From Streptosporangiaceae bacterium (GTDB lineage Bacteria > Actinomycetota > Actinomycetes > Streptosporangiales > Streptosporangiaceae): a DNA stretch of 64,000 nt. The position numbers and the translations under genes were made by a program. Below are positions 1 through 9,646 of this stretch, in pieces. How positions within the stretch are numbered: the first letter of the stretch is position 1; every line of letters starts with the position of its first letter. The notes below the pieces were generated by a model that worked only from the letters and a program-made list of their open reading frames with translations, did no database searches and was not told the DNA's origin. The stretch covers positions 11,991-75,990 of the forward strand of contig DATELR010000211.1 of assembly GCA_035276345.1 (NCBI GenBank). Direction: 5' to 3'.

Positions 1-378
1 CTCGCCGTGAGTGCCGACAAGGATGTGGCCGCGATCCTGGACGAACTTGAGCCGGCCGCGGCCGCTGTGGTTGCGACCAGGAACTCTTCCCCGAGGTCGA
101 TGGACCCGCATGAGCTGGCGGACCTCGCCGGGCCGATATTCGGGCCCGACCGGGTGCACGTGGCCGACCGGCTGGACGATGCCATCGACCGGGCCGTCGG
201 CCTGGCCGACGAAGCGGCCGCAACGATCGCCGGCCCGCTGGCCGGGTTGATGACAGGCGAACAGGACCTGGGATCGGCGGCCGCCGGGACGGTGGTGCTC
301 ATCACCGGCTCGGTGATCACGGCCGGAGACGCCAGGTTGCTGCTAACCGGCGGCGAAGCCGGGCAGCCAGTCCGATGA
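1..378 (+). CDS. folC: Folylpolyglutamate synthase / dihydrofolate synthase, 3' fragment (start lies upstream of the window)
   Basis: Frame 1 is open from the window edge to TGA 376-378. The C-terminus ...RLDDAIDRAV...VVLITGSVITAGDARLLL resembles actinobacterial FolC C-termini. A DUF4233 gene follows, as in the conserved folC-DUF4233-mreB neighbourhood. Confidence 0.7.
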   Translation, partial: LAVSADKDVAAILDELEPAAAAVVATRNSSPRSMDPHELADLAGPIFGPDRVHVADRLDDAIDRAVGLADEAAATIAGPLAGLMTGEQDLGSAAAGTVVLITGSVITAGDARLLLTGGEAGQPVR

Positions 379-388
379 GCGGGCTCGC

Positions 389-706
389 ATGAGCAGGCTG
401 ACAGCCACAGTGCTGTGGCTTGAGGCGTTCGTTATCGCGCTGACGATCGTGCCGGCGGTGAAACTGGAGGACGCGAGCCTGGTCAGCGCCGGAGCCGCGG
501 CGGGCGCCGCCGTCTTCGTGGCCATCCTGCTCGCGGTTCTGGCGAGGAGGCGGCTGCCAGTCACCCTGGTCGGCGGGAGCTTGCTTCAAGCGCTGATCAT
601 CGCCTCCGGCGCCGTGATTTCAGTTATGTATATTCTCGGCGGAATTTTCGCTTTGCTATGGGTGACCGGAATCTGGCTCGGTCATCGGGTGGAAAGCTCT
701 TCGTAA
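389..706 (+). CDS. DUF4233-type small membrane protein
   Basis: 105 aa with 3-4 hydrophobic helices (LTATVLWLEAFVIALTIVPAV..., ILGGIFALLWVTGIWLG). It sits in the position directly after folC that is typical of this family. Confidence 0.75.
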   Translation: MSRLTATVLWLEAFVIALTIVPAVKLEDASLVSAGAAAGAAVFVAILLAVLARRRLPVTLVGGSLLQALIIASGAVISVMYILGGIFALLWVTGIWLGHRVESSS

Positions 707-925
707 CGGAATTGCAAGTTCTGCCGTCTCGCTATCAATTTCTCCATCCCAGTGAGGAACGCCGGTACCGTCCCGGGTAGGCTCACGTCCTGCGTGGCGT
801 TTTCGGGGCTAATACCGGTGGCCGTTGAGCAATTTGGGCAATATGCGGTGGACAGAGCACCCGTGAGCAGAGCCCGTTTATGCGGACCCCGCAGGACGAG
901 AACTCGCTGGACCATAGGGAAGCAG

Positions 926-1957
926 ATGAGCAACGCGCTGGCCTTTCTAGGCCGTGACATGGCCGTAGACCTGGGCACCGCCAACACACTGGTGTACGTC
1001 AGGGGCCGCGGGATTGTTCTCAATGAACCTTCGGTTGTCGCGCTCAATACCAATACCGGGCAGATAGTAGCGGTCGGCCTGGAAGCCAAGCGAATGATAG
1101 GCCGTACGCCCGGCAACATCATCGCCGTGCGGCCGTTGAAAGACGGCGTGATTGCCGACTTCGATGTCACCGAGCGCATGCTGCGCTATTTCATCCAGAA
1201 AGTGCACCGTCGCGGCGGGCTCGCCAAGCCGCGAATAGTAATCGCCGTGCCGAGCGGAATTACCGGCGTGGAGCAGAGTGCGGTCAAGGAAGCGGGCCAC
1301 CAGGCGGGTGCCCGGCGCGTGTACATCATCGAGGAGCCGATGGCCGCCGCGATCGGCGCCGGCCTGCCGGTGAACGAGCCGACCGGCAACATGGTCGTCG
1401 ACATCGGCGGAGGCACCACCGAGGTCGCGGTTATCGCGCTCGGCGGCATCGTGACCGCGCAGTCGATCAGGATCGGCGGCGACGAGCTAGACCAGGCGAT
1501 CATCAACTTCGGCAAGAAGGAATACTCGCTGACGCTTGGCGAGCGGACCGCCGAGGAGATCAAGATGGCACTCGGCTCGGCGTACCGGTCAGAGGGCGAG
1601 CCGAGCGCGGAGATCCGCGGCAGGGACCTGGTCAGCGGCCTGCCCAAGACCGTGGTGATCTCCGCGGCCGAGGTGCGCAATGCAATCGCTGAGCCGCTGG
1701 CCGTGATCGTCGATGCGGTCAGGACCACGCTCGACAAGTGCCCGCCCGAGCTCGCCGGGGACGTCATGGATCGCGGCATCGCAGTGACCGGTGGCGGTGC
1801 GCTGCTGCGCGGCCTCGATCAGCGGCTGCGCGAGGATACCGGGATGCCGATCCACGTGGCCGACAACCCGCTCGAATCGGTTGCGCTCGGGACTGGCAAG
1901 TGCGTGGAGGACTTCGAGACGCTCCGCCAGGTCCTCGTGCCAGAGTCGCGTCGCTGA
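926..1957 (+). CDS. mreB: Rod shape-determining actin homologue MreB
   Basis: ATG 926 follows GGGAAG. N-terminus is [39 protein letters not shown]. Actin-fold motifs [12 protein letters not shown] and [10 protein letters not shown] are present. The ORF-track start at 752 is an in-frame upstream extension. Confidence 0.95.
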   Translation: MSNALAFLGRDMAVDLGTANTLVYVRGRGIVLNEPSVVALNTNTGQIVAVGLEAKRMIGRTPGNIIAVRPLKDGVIADFDVTERMLRYFIQKVHRRGGLAKPRIVIAVPSGITGVEQSAVKEAGHQAGARRVYIIEEPMAAAIGAGLPVNEPTGNMVVDIGGGTTEVAVIALGGIVTAQSIRIGGDELDQAIINFGKKEYSLTLGERTAEEIKMALGSAYRSEGEPSAEIRGRDLVSGLPKTVVISAAEVRNAIAEPLAVIVDAVRTTLDKCPPELAGDVMDRGIAVTGGGALLRGLDQRLREDTGMPIHVADNPLESVALGTGKCVEDFETLRQVLVPESRR

Positions 1958-1970
1958 GGATTGCGGCAAC

Positions 1971-2918
1971 GTGCGCGACACCCGACGCACCAGGATGCTC
2001 CTGGCGTTCGCGCTGGTGGCCGCCCTTGCCCTGATCGCGATCGACTATGAGAACGGCTCATCGTCGCTGATCAGCTCGCTGCGTAACGCAGCGGGATCGG
2101 CCTTCGGGGGCGCCGAGCGCGCGGTGTCGGCAGTGACCAGGCCGGTCGGCCGCGTCTTCGGCACCGGCGCTGCCGCCAGCCACGCCGACCAGGCAGCGAT
2201 GCAGCGGCGGCTGGTCAGGCTCCAGGCCGAACTGAGCGCGGCCAAGCTGGACCGCGCGGAGTATCACAGCCTCGGCAGGCTGCTGCAGATCTCCGGGCGC
2301 GGCCGCTACCGGGTGCTGGCTGCCTCGGTGATCGCCTACGGTCAGGGCTACCAGCAGACCGTCACGCTGGACGCGGGCCGGGCTGACGGCGTCCGCCCGC
2401 AGCAGACCGTCATCGATGGAGACGGTCTGGTCGGTCAGGTCATCAGGGTCAGCGCACGTACCTGCACGGTGCAGCTGGCAACCGACGCGAGTTCGGTCGT
2501 CGGGGTGCGCCTGGCGCCCAAAGGCGAGATCGGCTGGGTGACCGGCGAAGGTCTTCGCGCGAGCGGCGGGACCGCGCTGCTCAAGCTGCAGGTGCTTGAC
2601 GGCGGCGCGCTCAAGATCGGTACTCAGCTTGTCACGTCCGCTTCGGTCAAGAACCGTCCGTTTGTGGCGGGCGTTCCCGTCGGCACGATCGTCTCGGTCC
2701 GCAACCGGGCTGGCGCGCTGACCGGCCAGGCGCTCGTTCGTCCCTTCGCGCAGTTCACTCAGCTCGATGTGGTGGGAATCGTGGTGTCGCCGCCGCAGCA
2801 CAACCCCCGATATTCGGTCCTGCCTCCAGCGCCGTCGACCTCGCCTTCGCCGTCAATGACCGGGCAAGCCCGTCCCGGCCAGACGGCGGCGGGAACGCCG
2901 CGGACGGGCCACAGGTAG
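1971..2918 (+). CDS. mreC: Rod shape-determining protein MreC
   Basis: GTG 1971. Has an N-terminal TM helix (LLAFALVAALALIAI), a coiled-coil (LVRLQAELSAAKLD) and a beta core (...GDGLVGQVIRVSARTCTVQLATD). Located between mreB and mreD. Confidence 0.9.
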   Translation: MRDTRRTRMLLAFALVAALALIAIDYENGSSSLISSLRNAAGSAFGGAERAVSAVTRPVGRVFGTGAAASHADQAAMQRRLVRLQAELSAAKLDRAEYHSLGRLLQISGRGRYRVLAASVIAYGQGYQQTVTLDAGRADGVRPQQTVIDGDGLVGQVIRVSARTCTVQLATDASSVVGVRLAPKGEIGWVTGEGLRASGGTALLKLQVLDGGALKIGTQLVTSASVKNRPFVAGVPVGTIVSVRNRAGALTGQALVRPFAQFTQLDVVGIVVSPPQHNPRYSVLPPAPSTSPSPSMTGQARPGQTAAGTPRTGHR

Positions 2919-2923
2919 CCGCG

Positions 2924-4399
2924 ATGACGCGCAAATTGCTCGCCGCGGGTGCCCTCCTGGTGGCGCTACTGCTCCAGCTGACGATCATCAACGGGCTCGC
3001 GCTGCCCGGCGGCGGGACGCCCGACCTGGTCCTGATCTGCGTCATAGCGGCCGGGATGGCCGGGGGACCAGCCAGCGGAATCACGGCCGGCTTCCTGGCT
3101 GGGCTAGCTCTTGATCTCGCGCCTCCGGCCAGCCAGCTCGTCGGGCAGTACGCGCTCGTGTTCTGCCTGATCGGCTACGGATCAGGACGGCTGCGGTTCG
3201 TCTTGCGGCACTCTGCCGTGCTCGCAGTCGCCGCCGCGGTGGCCATGGCCGCACTAGGCGAAGCGTTTTCCGCCGTCCTCACGCTCGCGCTCGACACGCC
3301 AGAGGTCACGAGGGCGACTGTGGCGCACGTGCTGCCGGCGACGATGCTGTTCGACGCCGCGCTGGTTCCGCTCGTCCTGTTCTGCTGGGTGCGGCTGGCC
3401 GTCGCGCTCGGCGCGCGGTTCGATCCGCGCGCTGACTCGCCTGCCCTGGAGAACGGGGGTAGTGCGGCGCCGACCACCATGGCGGGAGTCACAGCGGTGC
3501 CCGGGATCGCGGCGATGAGCGCGGTCGCCGTCGGTTCCATCGGATGGCTGGCTGGCCCGGCCACATCCCGCCGCGCCCGGCGCGAGCACGAGAGGTTGAC
3601 CGCGACCGTCGCCGGGGTGACGCCACGCAAGGGCCCGGTCTGGGTCGGCAGGCGTCCGCCTGGCGTGCATTTGCTCACCCCGGCTGCGCCGCAGAAACCG
3701 CGACGGCTGGCACGACTGCGCCCAGGCGCGGGCGCCGCGGGAACGGCGACCGCTCGGCCTGGCCCGTCGTACCACGCCCAGTTCCGTCGCCCGGTACGGC
3801 TCGGCTTGGCCGACGAGCAGCGCAGGCACGCACGGGCGGCCGGCGGCCACGGCCGGGTAAAGGGCCACGTCTCCTACGGTGCAAACCGGCACGGCCCGGA
3901 CCTGCACGGGCTGAACGGGCCAGCTGTGCCGAGGATCGCTTTCGGCACGGCCGACGCCGGCGGCAGGCACCGGCACGGCCCGACCAGCCTGGCCGGGGGG
4001 CGAGGACACGGCAAGCCGCACCGGATCGCCTTCGGCACGGGCGGCCTGCCGGGGGAGGGCCGGGCTGCCGGACGGCCGCCGCCCAGGATCGCGTTCTCCA
4101 CTCCAGGTCTCGGGCCTGCAGGTGCGGGACCGATCGGCGGGTTTCAGTCTGGCGCTGGCCGGGGCGGCCTGATCGGTGTCGGCGGAGCCGCGATCCGCAG
4201 CGCTCACGGCGGCAGGAAGCCGAAGCAGCCGCGATTCGCCCGCGTGACGCCCGGCCGGCCCGCCAAAACACGTCAGCCAAAGACCGCGCGGATAGGCATC
4301 AGGCACGGCGTTTTCCGCACGCCGCACTGGCTCAGCCGGCCAGGAGGCCGCTCAGCGGTATGGCGGATCGGGAGCAGGCGAATGAGTGTTTACCGATGA
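2924..4399 (+). CDS. mreD: Rod shape-determining protein MreD with a long Arg/Gly/Pro-rich C-terminal extension
   Basis: The first ~170 aa are a multi-TM MreD-like core (LLVALLLQLTIINGLALPGGGTPDLVLICVIAAG...). The frame stays open with high GC3 to TGA 4397-4399, which overlaps the PBP2 ATG at 4396 (ATGA). Confidence 0.8.
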   Translation: MTRKLLAAGALLVALLLQLTIINGLALPGGGTPDLVLICVIAAGMAGGPASGITAGFLAGLALDLAPPASQLVGQYALVFCLIGYGSGRLRFVLRHSAVLAVAAAVAMAALGEAFSAVLTLALDTPEVTRATVAHVLPATMLFDAALVPLVLFCWVRLAVALGARFDPRADSPALENGGSAAPTTMAGVTAVPGIAAMSAVAVGSIGWLAGPATSRRARREHERLTATVAGVTPRKGPVWVGRRPPGVHLLTPAAPQKPRRLARLRPGAGAAGTATARPGPSYHAQFRRPVRLGLADEQRRHARAAGGHGRVKGHVSYGANRHGPDLHGLNGPAVPRIAFGTADAGGRHRHGPTSLAGGRGHGKPHRIAFGTGGLPGEGRAAGRPPPRIAFSTPGLGPAGAGPIGGFQSGAGRGGLIGVGGAAIRSAHGGRKPKQPRFARVTPGRPAKTRQPKTARIGIRHGVFRTPHWLSRPGGRSAVWRIGSRRMSVYR

Positions 4400-6546
4400 T
4401 CCGGGCCTCGCGTCCCAGGCTCTTTGTGCTGTACCTGGTAGTGGCGGCCCTGCTGTTCGGCCTGGCCACGAGAGTCTGGTATCTGCAGGTGAAATCGGGC
4501 AGCAAGTACGTGGCGCAGGCTACTTCGGAGCGGATCAGGCAGGTCGTCGAGCCGTCCGTGCGCGGCCCGATCGTCGATGACATCGGAGCTCCGATCGTCG
4601 ACAGCAGATCCGCGCTCGTGGTGTCGGTTAGCCTGCCGACGCTGTGGAAGCAGCCTGATCGAGGCACCGCGGTCCTGCGCCGGCTGGCCAATTTGCTGCA
4701 CATCAGGCGGCACCAGATGTTCCGTCAGGTCAGGCTGTGCACAGTCGGAGTCAAGCAGCCATGCTGGCCAGGGTCGCCGTACCAGCCAATACCGGTAGCC
4801 CAGGACGTTCCGGCGAAGATCGGGCTTGAGGTGCTGGAGAACCAGCGGCTTTACCCCGGAGTCAGCGCGGCCGTTCAGCCGGTGACCCATTACCACCAGC
4901 CGGTCTCAACCAGCCTGGCGCAGACCCTCGGCTACCTGCAGCCGATCACAGCGAGCGAGCTGAAGCGGCAGGGCTTGCCAGTTACCGGCTTCTCCAGCGT
5001 CGATCTCGTTGGTCAGGCCGGGCTCGAGTTGCAGTACGACCGGGCGCTTCGCGGGGTGCCAGGGACCACGAAACTAGCGGTCAACGCTCAGGGCCAGGTG
5101 ACGAGCACGCTCAGCGCGGTCAAGCCGCAGCCGGGCGACTACCTGATCACGAGCATCAACTCAAAGATCCAGCTGGACACCGAGCGAGCGCTGGCGGGCG
5201 CCGTCCAGCGCAGCCAGTTCGCCGGGAGCCCGGTCAGCAAAGGCGGCGCCGCGGTCGTCATGACCACGAAAGGACGGGTGCTGGCGCTTGCCAGTTATCC
5301 CACGTACAACCCGAGGATCTGGTCGGGCGGAATCACCGAGGCGCAGTTCAGGCGGCTCTTTCATCAGCGCAGCGGGGAGCCGATCCTGAACCGGGCGACC
5401 CAAGGCCAGTACGCACCAGGATCTACCTGGAAGGTGACGTCAGTCGCGGCGGCGGTCGCCGCTGGCTATCCGCTGCACGGCACCTACCAGTGCCCGGGCG
5501 CGGTGAGGATCGGCGGCCGGTCATACCTTAACGACGGCAACCCGTCGCTTGGCCCGATGAGCCTCTACCAGGCTCTGGTCGTCTCCTGCGACACCGTCTT
5601 CTACAACCTCGCCTATCACATCTACCTGAGGGATCATCCTCGTGCGAACGACGTGACGTCGCCGCACGCGCCGGTCCAGGAGATGCAGAAGATGGAGCTC
5701 GCCTGGGGTTTCGGGCGGCCGACTGGCGTTGACGTGCCAGCCGAGAGCCCGGGCAGCGTTCCAACGAGGACATGGCTGTACTGGCTGTGGAAGGACAACG
5801 CGCACCAGGGGCAGAACTGGTGCAAGAACGGCAAGGAAAACGGCACCTACGTCCAGCAGATCGAATGGGAGGACTGCCGGTCGGGAAACGTCTGGACGGC
5901 TGGCCAGGCCGTCATCTCATCGATCGGCCAGGGCTACATTTCGGTGACGCCGCTGCAGCTAGCGCGCGCCTATGCGGCGCTTGCCAACGGCGGCAAGCTG
6001 TACAGCCCGCGCGTGGGTGAGGCACTGATCAGCGCGGACGGCAGCAAGGTGCGGAGGATCACGCCGCCGGTCGTCGGTCACCTGCCGGTGGCTAAATCGA
6101 CGCTCGCCTACATTCGGCGCGCGCTGGCCGGAGTGGTGACCAGCGGTACGGCGGCCGGCACGTTCGGCGGCTTTCCGCTCGGCCAGGTCTGCGTGGCTGG
6201 CAAGACCGGTACCGCGGAGGTCAGGGGAAATCAGGCGACATCGGTGTTCGCATCGTTCGCGCCCTGTGACCATCCGAAGTACGTCGTCGTCGTGATGGTC
6301 CCCAACTCCGGATTCGGCGCTCAGGTCGCCGGTCCCGCCGTCCGGCAGATCTGGGACGGGATCTATGGCCTCGAAGGCCACCAGGCCGCGCTGCCGGGCG
6401 GACGGCTGCCTGGATTGCCGCACCTGAACGCGGCCGGGCAGCTGGTGGCGCCAGCTGGCTTCGGTCCCGCGGCCCGCCGGGCAGCCGCAGCGAAGGCCAA
6501 GGCGAAGGCCAAGGCGAAGGCGAACAGGCACAGGCATCACCCGTGA
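4396..6546 (+). CDS. mrdA: Penicillin-binding protein 2 (elongasome transpeptidase)
   Basis: ATG 4396 overlaps the mreD stop. Has a TM anchor (LFVLYLVVAALLFGLA) and transpeptidase motifs STWK and KTGTAE. The C-terminal tail is AKAKAKAKAKANRHRHHP. The ORF-track start at 3544 is a shadow of the mreD tail. Confidence 0.92.
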   Translation: MIRASRPRLFVLYLVVAALLFGLATRVWYLQVKSGSKYVAQATSERIRQVVEPSVRGPIVDDIGAPIVDSRSALVVSVSLPTLWKQPDRGTAVLRRLANLLHIRRHQMFRQVRLCTVGVKQPCWPGSPYQPIPVAQDVPAKIGLEVLENQRLYPGVSAAVQPVTHYHQPVSTSLAQTLGYLQPITASELKRQGLPVTGFSSVDLVGQAGLELQYDRALRGVPGTTKLAVNAQGQVTSTLSAVKPQPGDYLITSINSKIQLDTERALAGAVQRSQFAGSPVSKGGAAVVMTTKGRVLALASYPTYNPRIWSGGITEAQFRRLFHQRSGEPILNRATQGQYAPGSTWKVTSVAAAVAAGYPLHGTYQCPGAVRIGGRSYLNDGNPSLGPMSLYQALVVSCDTVFYNLAYHIYLRDHPRANDVTSPHAPVQEMQKMELAWGFGRPTGVDVPAESPGSVPTRTWLYWLWKDNAHQGQNWCKNGKENGTYVQQIEWEDCRSGNVWTAGQAVISSIGQGYISVTPLQLARAYAALANGGKLYSPRVGEALISADGSKVRRITPPVVGHLPVAKSTLAYIRRALAGVVTSGTAAGTFGGFPLGQVCVAGKTGTAEVRGNQATSVFASFAPCDHPKYVVVVMVPNSGFGAQVAGPAVRQIWDGIYGLEGHQAALPGGRLPGLPHLNAAGQLVAPAGFGPAARRAAAAKAKAKAKAKANRHRHHP

Positions 6547-7751
6547 GCTGGGTCAGCAGCCAATCACGCAAGCCGCCTAGCCAGGTGTCGCTTGCCGTCA
6601 GGCGGCTCATGTCACGGGCGATCGGAAAGAATTCCGCACTCCGGCAGGCAGACTGGCTGCTGCTTTGCATCGTGCTCGCGCTGACGTTGCTCGGCACCCT
6701 GATGATCTGGTCGGCGACCCAGCCGATGCTGACCCGCCAGGGCGCTAACCCGCACGGGTTCCTGCTGAAGCAGCTGCTGAACATCGCGCTCGGCGTTGTC
6801 CTGCTGCTGATCGTGAGCTCCTTGGATTCGCGTCAGCTCAAGCTCTACGCGCCGATCCTGTACGGGCTGTCTTGCCTGGGACTGATCGCCGTGCTCACGC
6901 CGCTCGGCAGCATCGTGAACGGTGCCAGGTCCTGGATCTCGATCGGCGCCGGGTTTCAGATCGAGCCGTCAGAGTTCGCCAAGCTGGCGGTCATCGTGAT
7001 CTCCGCGATGCTGCTCTCCGACATACCGGCGGGTGAATCACGGCCGGCCAGACGCGCGGTCGTGAAAACGCTGGGCATCGCCGCGTTCCCCATCATCCTG
7101 GTAGCCGCTGAGCCGGACCTGGGCGTGATGATCGTGCTGGTGCTGCTGGTCGGCGGGCTGGTCGCGCTGTCCGGAGTGCGGCTGCGCTGGCTGGTGGCGC
7201 TGGTGGCCGGCGCCGCGCTGGCGGTGACCGCGGTAGCCAAGCTGCACCTGCTCAAGGCCTACCAGGTAGGCCGGCTCACCTCGTTCCTGAACCCGTCAGC
7301 CGATCCGCGCGGGACCGGCTACAGCGCAGCGCAGTCCAAGATTGCAATCGGTTCAGGGGGAATTCACGGCACTGGGTTGTTCCATAGCCAGCTGATTTCG
7401 GGCAACTTCGTGCCTGAGCAGCACACCGACTTCATCTTCGCGGTGATCGGCAATGAACTGGGCCTAGTTGGCTCGATGCTGGTCATCGGCTTGCTCGCGC
7501 TGCTGATGATCTGCGCGCTGCGGATCGCTGCGCGGGCAGAAGATCAGTTCGGGATGCTCGTCGCCGCCGGGGTGGCGATCTGGTTCGCGGTGCAGTCGTT
7601 CGTCAACATCGGGATGACGATGGGCATCATGCCGGTGACCGGCCTGCCGCTGCCGTTCGTGTCCTACGGGGGCTCCGCGATGTTCGCGGACATGATCGCG
7701 GTCGGGCTGCTGCAGTCGGTTCGAAGGCCGCGCAACGTGTTCGCGAGCTAG
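6543..7751 (+). CDS. rodA: SEDS-family peptidoglycan glycosyltransferase RodA (FtsW/RodA/SpoVE)
   Basis: GTG 6543 overlaps the mrdA stop (GTGA). Polytopic membrane protein with ...IEPSEFAKLAVI... and ...GLPLPFVSYGGSAM motifs. Confidence 0.9.
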   Translation: MSWVSSQSRKPPSQVSLAVRRLMSRAIGKNSALRQADWLLLCIVLALTLLGTLMIWSATQPMLTRQGANPHGFLLKQLLNIALGVVLLLIVSSLDSRQLKLYAPILYGLSCLGLIAVLTPLGSIVNGARSWISIGAGFQIEPSEFAKLAVIVISAMLLSDIPAGESRPARRAVVKTLGIAAFPIILVAAEPDLGVMIVLVLLVGGLVALSGVRLRWLVALVAGAALAVTAVAKLHLLKAYQVGRLTSFLNPSADPRGTGYSAAQSKIAIGSGGIHGTGLFHSQLISGNFVPEQHTDFIFAVIGNELGLVGSMLVIGLLALLMICALRIAARAEDQFGMLVAAGVAIWFAVQSFVNIGMTMGIMPVTGLPLPFVSYGGSAMFADMIAVGLLQSVRRPRNVFAS

Positions 7752-7755
7752 GCCC

Positions 7756-8586
7756 TCAGACTGAGGTGCGGTAGGCGATGGTCATCACCTGGTCGAAGCC
7801 GCGATCGGGCAGGACCCGGCGTGCCAACAGCAGCGGCCTGGCCCCGAAGCCGATGACGTACCTGGTTCGCGGGCGCTTAGCCGTCGCTGCCGTCGCGATG
7901 ACCTTGCCGACGACAGAGGGATCGCTGGCGCGCCGGGGATGGGTGTCCATCGAGCGCAGCACGCCGCCTACCGTCCTGGCCTGATCCGCGTAGGCCGTTG
8001 CGCCTGAGGTCTGCTCGAGCTTGTCTGCTGCGATCGCCGCCCACTCGGTCCTGATCGCGCCAGGCTCGACGATGACTACGTCGATACCGAACGGCTTGAG
8101 CTCGAGGCGCAGCGAGTCGCTCAGCCCCTCCACGGCGAACTTGGCAGCGTGGTACCAGGCGCCGAGCGGTTCGTAGATCTTGCCGCCGATCGAGGAAATG
8201 TTGATGATCCGGCCAGACCGCTGCTCGCGCATCTGCGGTGTGACCAGCTGGATCAGCCGCGCGAGCCCGAAAACATTCACCTCGAACTGGTACCTGCCCT
8301 CGGCGATGGCGACATCCTCGAGCGCCCCGTACGAGCCGTACCCAGCGTTATTGACCAGCACGTCCACGCTGCCATGAGCACCGATGATCTGCTGTACGCC
8401 CGCCGAGGCTGAGGCGTCATCGGTGACATCCATGCTCAGCGCCCGGATGCCGTCTCGCTCCAGCGCGGCGAGCCGGTCGGCTCGCCGCGCGGCGGCATAG
8501 ACGACGAAGCCCAGCTTGTGCAGTTCCCTGGCTGCAGCCTCCCCGATGCCCGACGACGCCCCTGTGACCAGCGCGACCTTGCTCAT
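7756..8586 (-). CDS. Short-chain dehydrogenase/reductase (SDR)
   Basis: Likely start is MSKVALVTGASSGIGEAAAREL (TGxxxGIG). Also has NNAG and the catalytic YHAAK. The ORF-track start at 8652 adds 22 non-homologous residues. Confidence 0.88.
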   Translation of the reverse strand: MSKVALVTGASSGIGEAAARELHKLGFVVYAAARRADRLAALERDGIRALSMDVTDDASASAGVQQIIGAHGSVDVLVNNAGYGSYGALEDVAIAEGRYQFEVNVFGLARLIQLVTPQMREQRSGRIINISSIGGKIYEPLGAWYHAAKFAVEGLSDSLRLELKPFGIDVVIVEPGAIRTEWAAIAADKLEQTSGATAYADQARTVGGVLRSMDTHPRRASDPSVVGKVIATAATAKRPRTRYVIGFGARPLLLARRVLPDRGFDQVMTIAYRTSV

Positions 8587-8596
8587 GGCGCGGCCG

Positions 8597-9646
8597 TCAG
8601 CCGGCCTGGCGGGGTTCGGTTGCGGGTTCGGCGGCGCCGCTGCCATTCGCAAGCTCAGGATTGACGCCGTTCACCGCCTCAGGGCTCGTTGCAGCGACAG
8701 GCGCGGACCCGTTGGCGCTCGGTGCTCGGGCCGCGCCGTCGGCCTGGCTGGCCTGAAACGCGGGCGCGGGCGCCTGGCGGTTCCATGGCTGGGCGCGGAG
8801 CAGCCAGACAGTCACTCCGACCAGGAGGACGCTGCCCAGGACGATGCCGAGTGGCGTGGTGGGAACGCCCACGTATTTCAGGCCGGAGGCGAAGATGGCA
8901 TACGTGATGATCGGCCTGATGAACTTGTCCGGCGCGCGTGAGGACAGGAAGGACCCGACCAGCACGGCAGGGACGCTTCCGATCGCGACAGACGCGGTCA
9001 CCGCGAATTCGACGTGGCCGAAGGTCAGCGCGCCGAGCGCCGCGGCCGCCGTGAGCGGTACCGCCTGGGTCAGGTCGGTGCCTACCAGCTGGTTCGCGCC
9101 GATCAGCGGATAGACGAACAGCAGCAGCACGATCATCAGCGAGCCTGAACCCACCGAGGTGAGGCCAACGATCAGACCGCCGATCGCGCCGATCGCGATC
9201 GTCGGGACCGGGCGGACGGTCACGTCGGTGATGGTGCCCAGCCGCTGCTGCCCGGAGCGCTTGTCGAGTACGTAACGGACCACCATCGCAGCGGCTCCGA
9301 CGAGGAGCGCGGCGCCGAGCGCGATCTCGACATGGGTCTGATCCGCCTCGCCGCCGTTGCCCAGCAGATGCAGCAAGTACGAACCGAGGAAGGCCATCGG
9401 CACCGAACCGACCACCATGAGGCCCACGAGCCGCATATTGACCGTCCCCTTGCGGAGGTGCACCGCGGCGCCGAACGGCCGCATCAGCACCGCGGCGACG
9501 AGGTCGCTGGAGATCGCCGAGGATGGAGTCACTCCGAAGAGCAAGATCAGCATGGGGGTCATCAGGGCGCCGCCGCCCGCGCCGGTCAGGCCGACGAGCA
9601 GGCCGACGACGGCGCTGCCGATGATCATGAAGGGGTTCAGGTGCAT
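8597..9646 (-). CDS. TauE/SafE-family (DUF81) anion exporter-type membrane protein
   Basis: N-terminus is MHLNPFMIIGSAVVGLLVGLTGAGGGALMTPMLILLFGV..., followed by 7-8 TM helices and an Ala/Pro-rich C-terminal tail. It lies 10 nt upstream of the SDR gene on the same strand. Confidence 0.8.
   Translation of the reverse strand: MHLNPFMIIGSAVVGLLVGLTGAGGGALMTPMLILLFGVTPSSAISSDLVAAVLMRPFGAAVHLRKGTVNMRLVGLMVVGSVPMAFLGSYLLHLLGNGGEADQTHVEIALGAALLVGAAAMVVRYVLDKRSGQQRLGTITDVTVRPVPTIAIGAIGGLIVGLTSVGSGSLMIVLLLFVYPLIGANQLVGTDLTQAVPLTAAAALGALTFGHVEFAVTASVAIGSVPAVLVGSFLSSRAPDKFIRPIITYAIFASGLKYVGVPTTPLGIVLGSVLLVGVTVWLLRAQPWNRQAPAPAFQASQADGAARAPSANGSAPVAATSPEAVNGVNPELANGSGAAEPATEPRQAG

Noticed and set aside
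707-925. Looked for ndk between DUF4233 and mreB, where I recall it lying in Streptomyces.
   Set aside because: The 220-nt gap holds no ORF or recognisable NDK fragment. Absence alone is uninformative without the rest of the genome, so I did not report it as a finding.
3254-4327. Long ORFs on the opposite strand or in alternative frames of real genes. Examples: 3254-4327(-), 3544-4395(+) upstream of PBP2, 10904-11878(-), 13691-14512(-), 19060-19881(-), 36448-37392(+), 42362-43138(-), 43585-44781(-), 51391-52308(+), 61766-62578(-).
   Set aside because: These are typical shadow ORFs of ~70%-GC DNA. Their translations are Arg/Pro/Gly-rich with no motifs. Each overlaps a gene with clear family signatures and better third-position GC.
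6489-6530. Short tandem repeats (the AAGGCS hexamers here, and the Arg-rich and Pro/Ala-rich runs in rne and the DUF2344 tail), considered as possible CRISPR-like or mobile repeats.
   Set aside because: They are in-frame low-complexity coding repeats with no spacer structure. No CRISPR array exists in the window.
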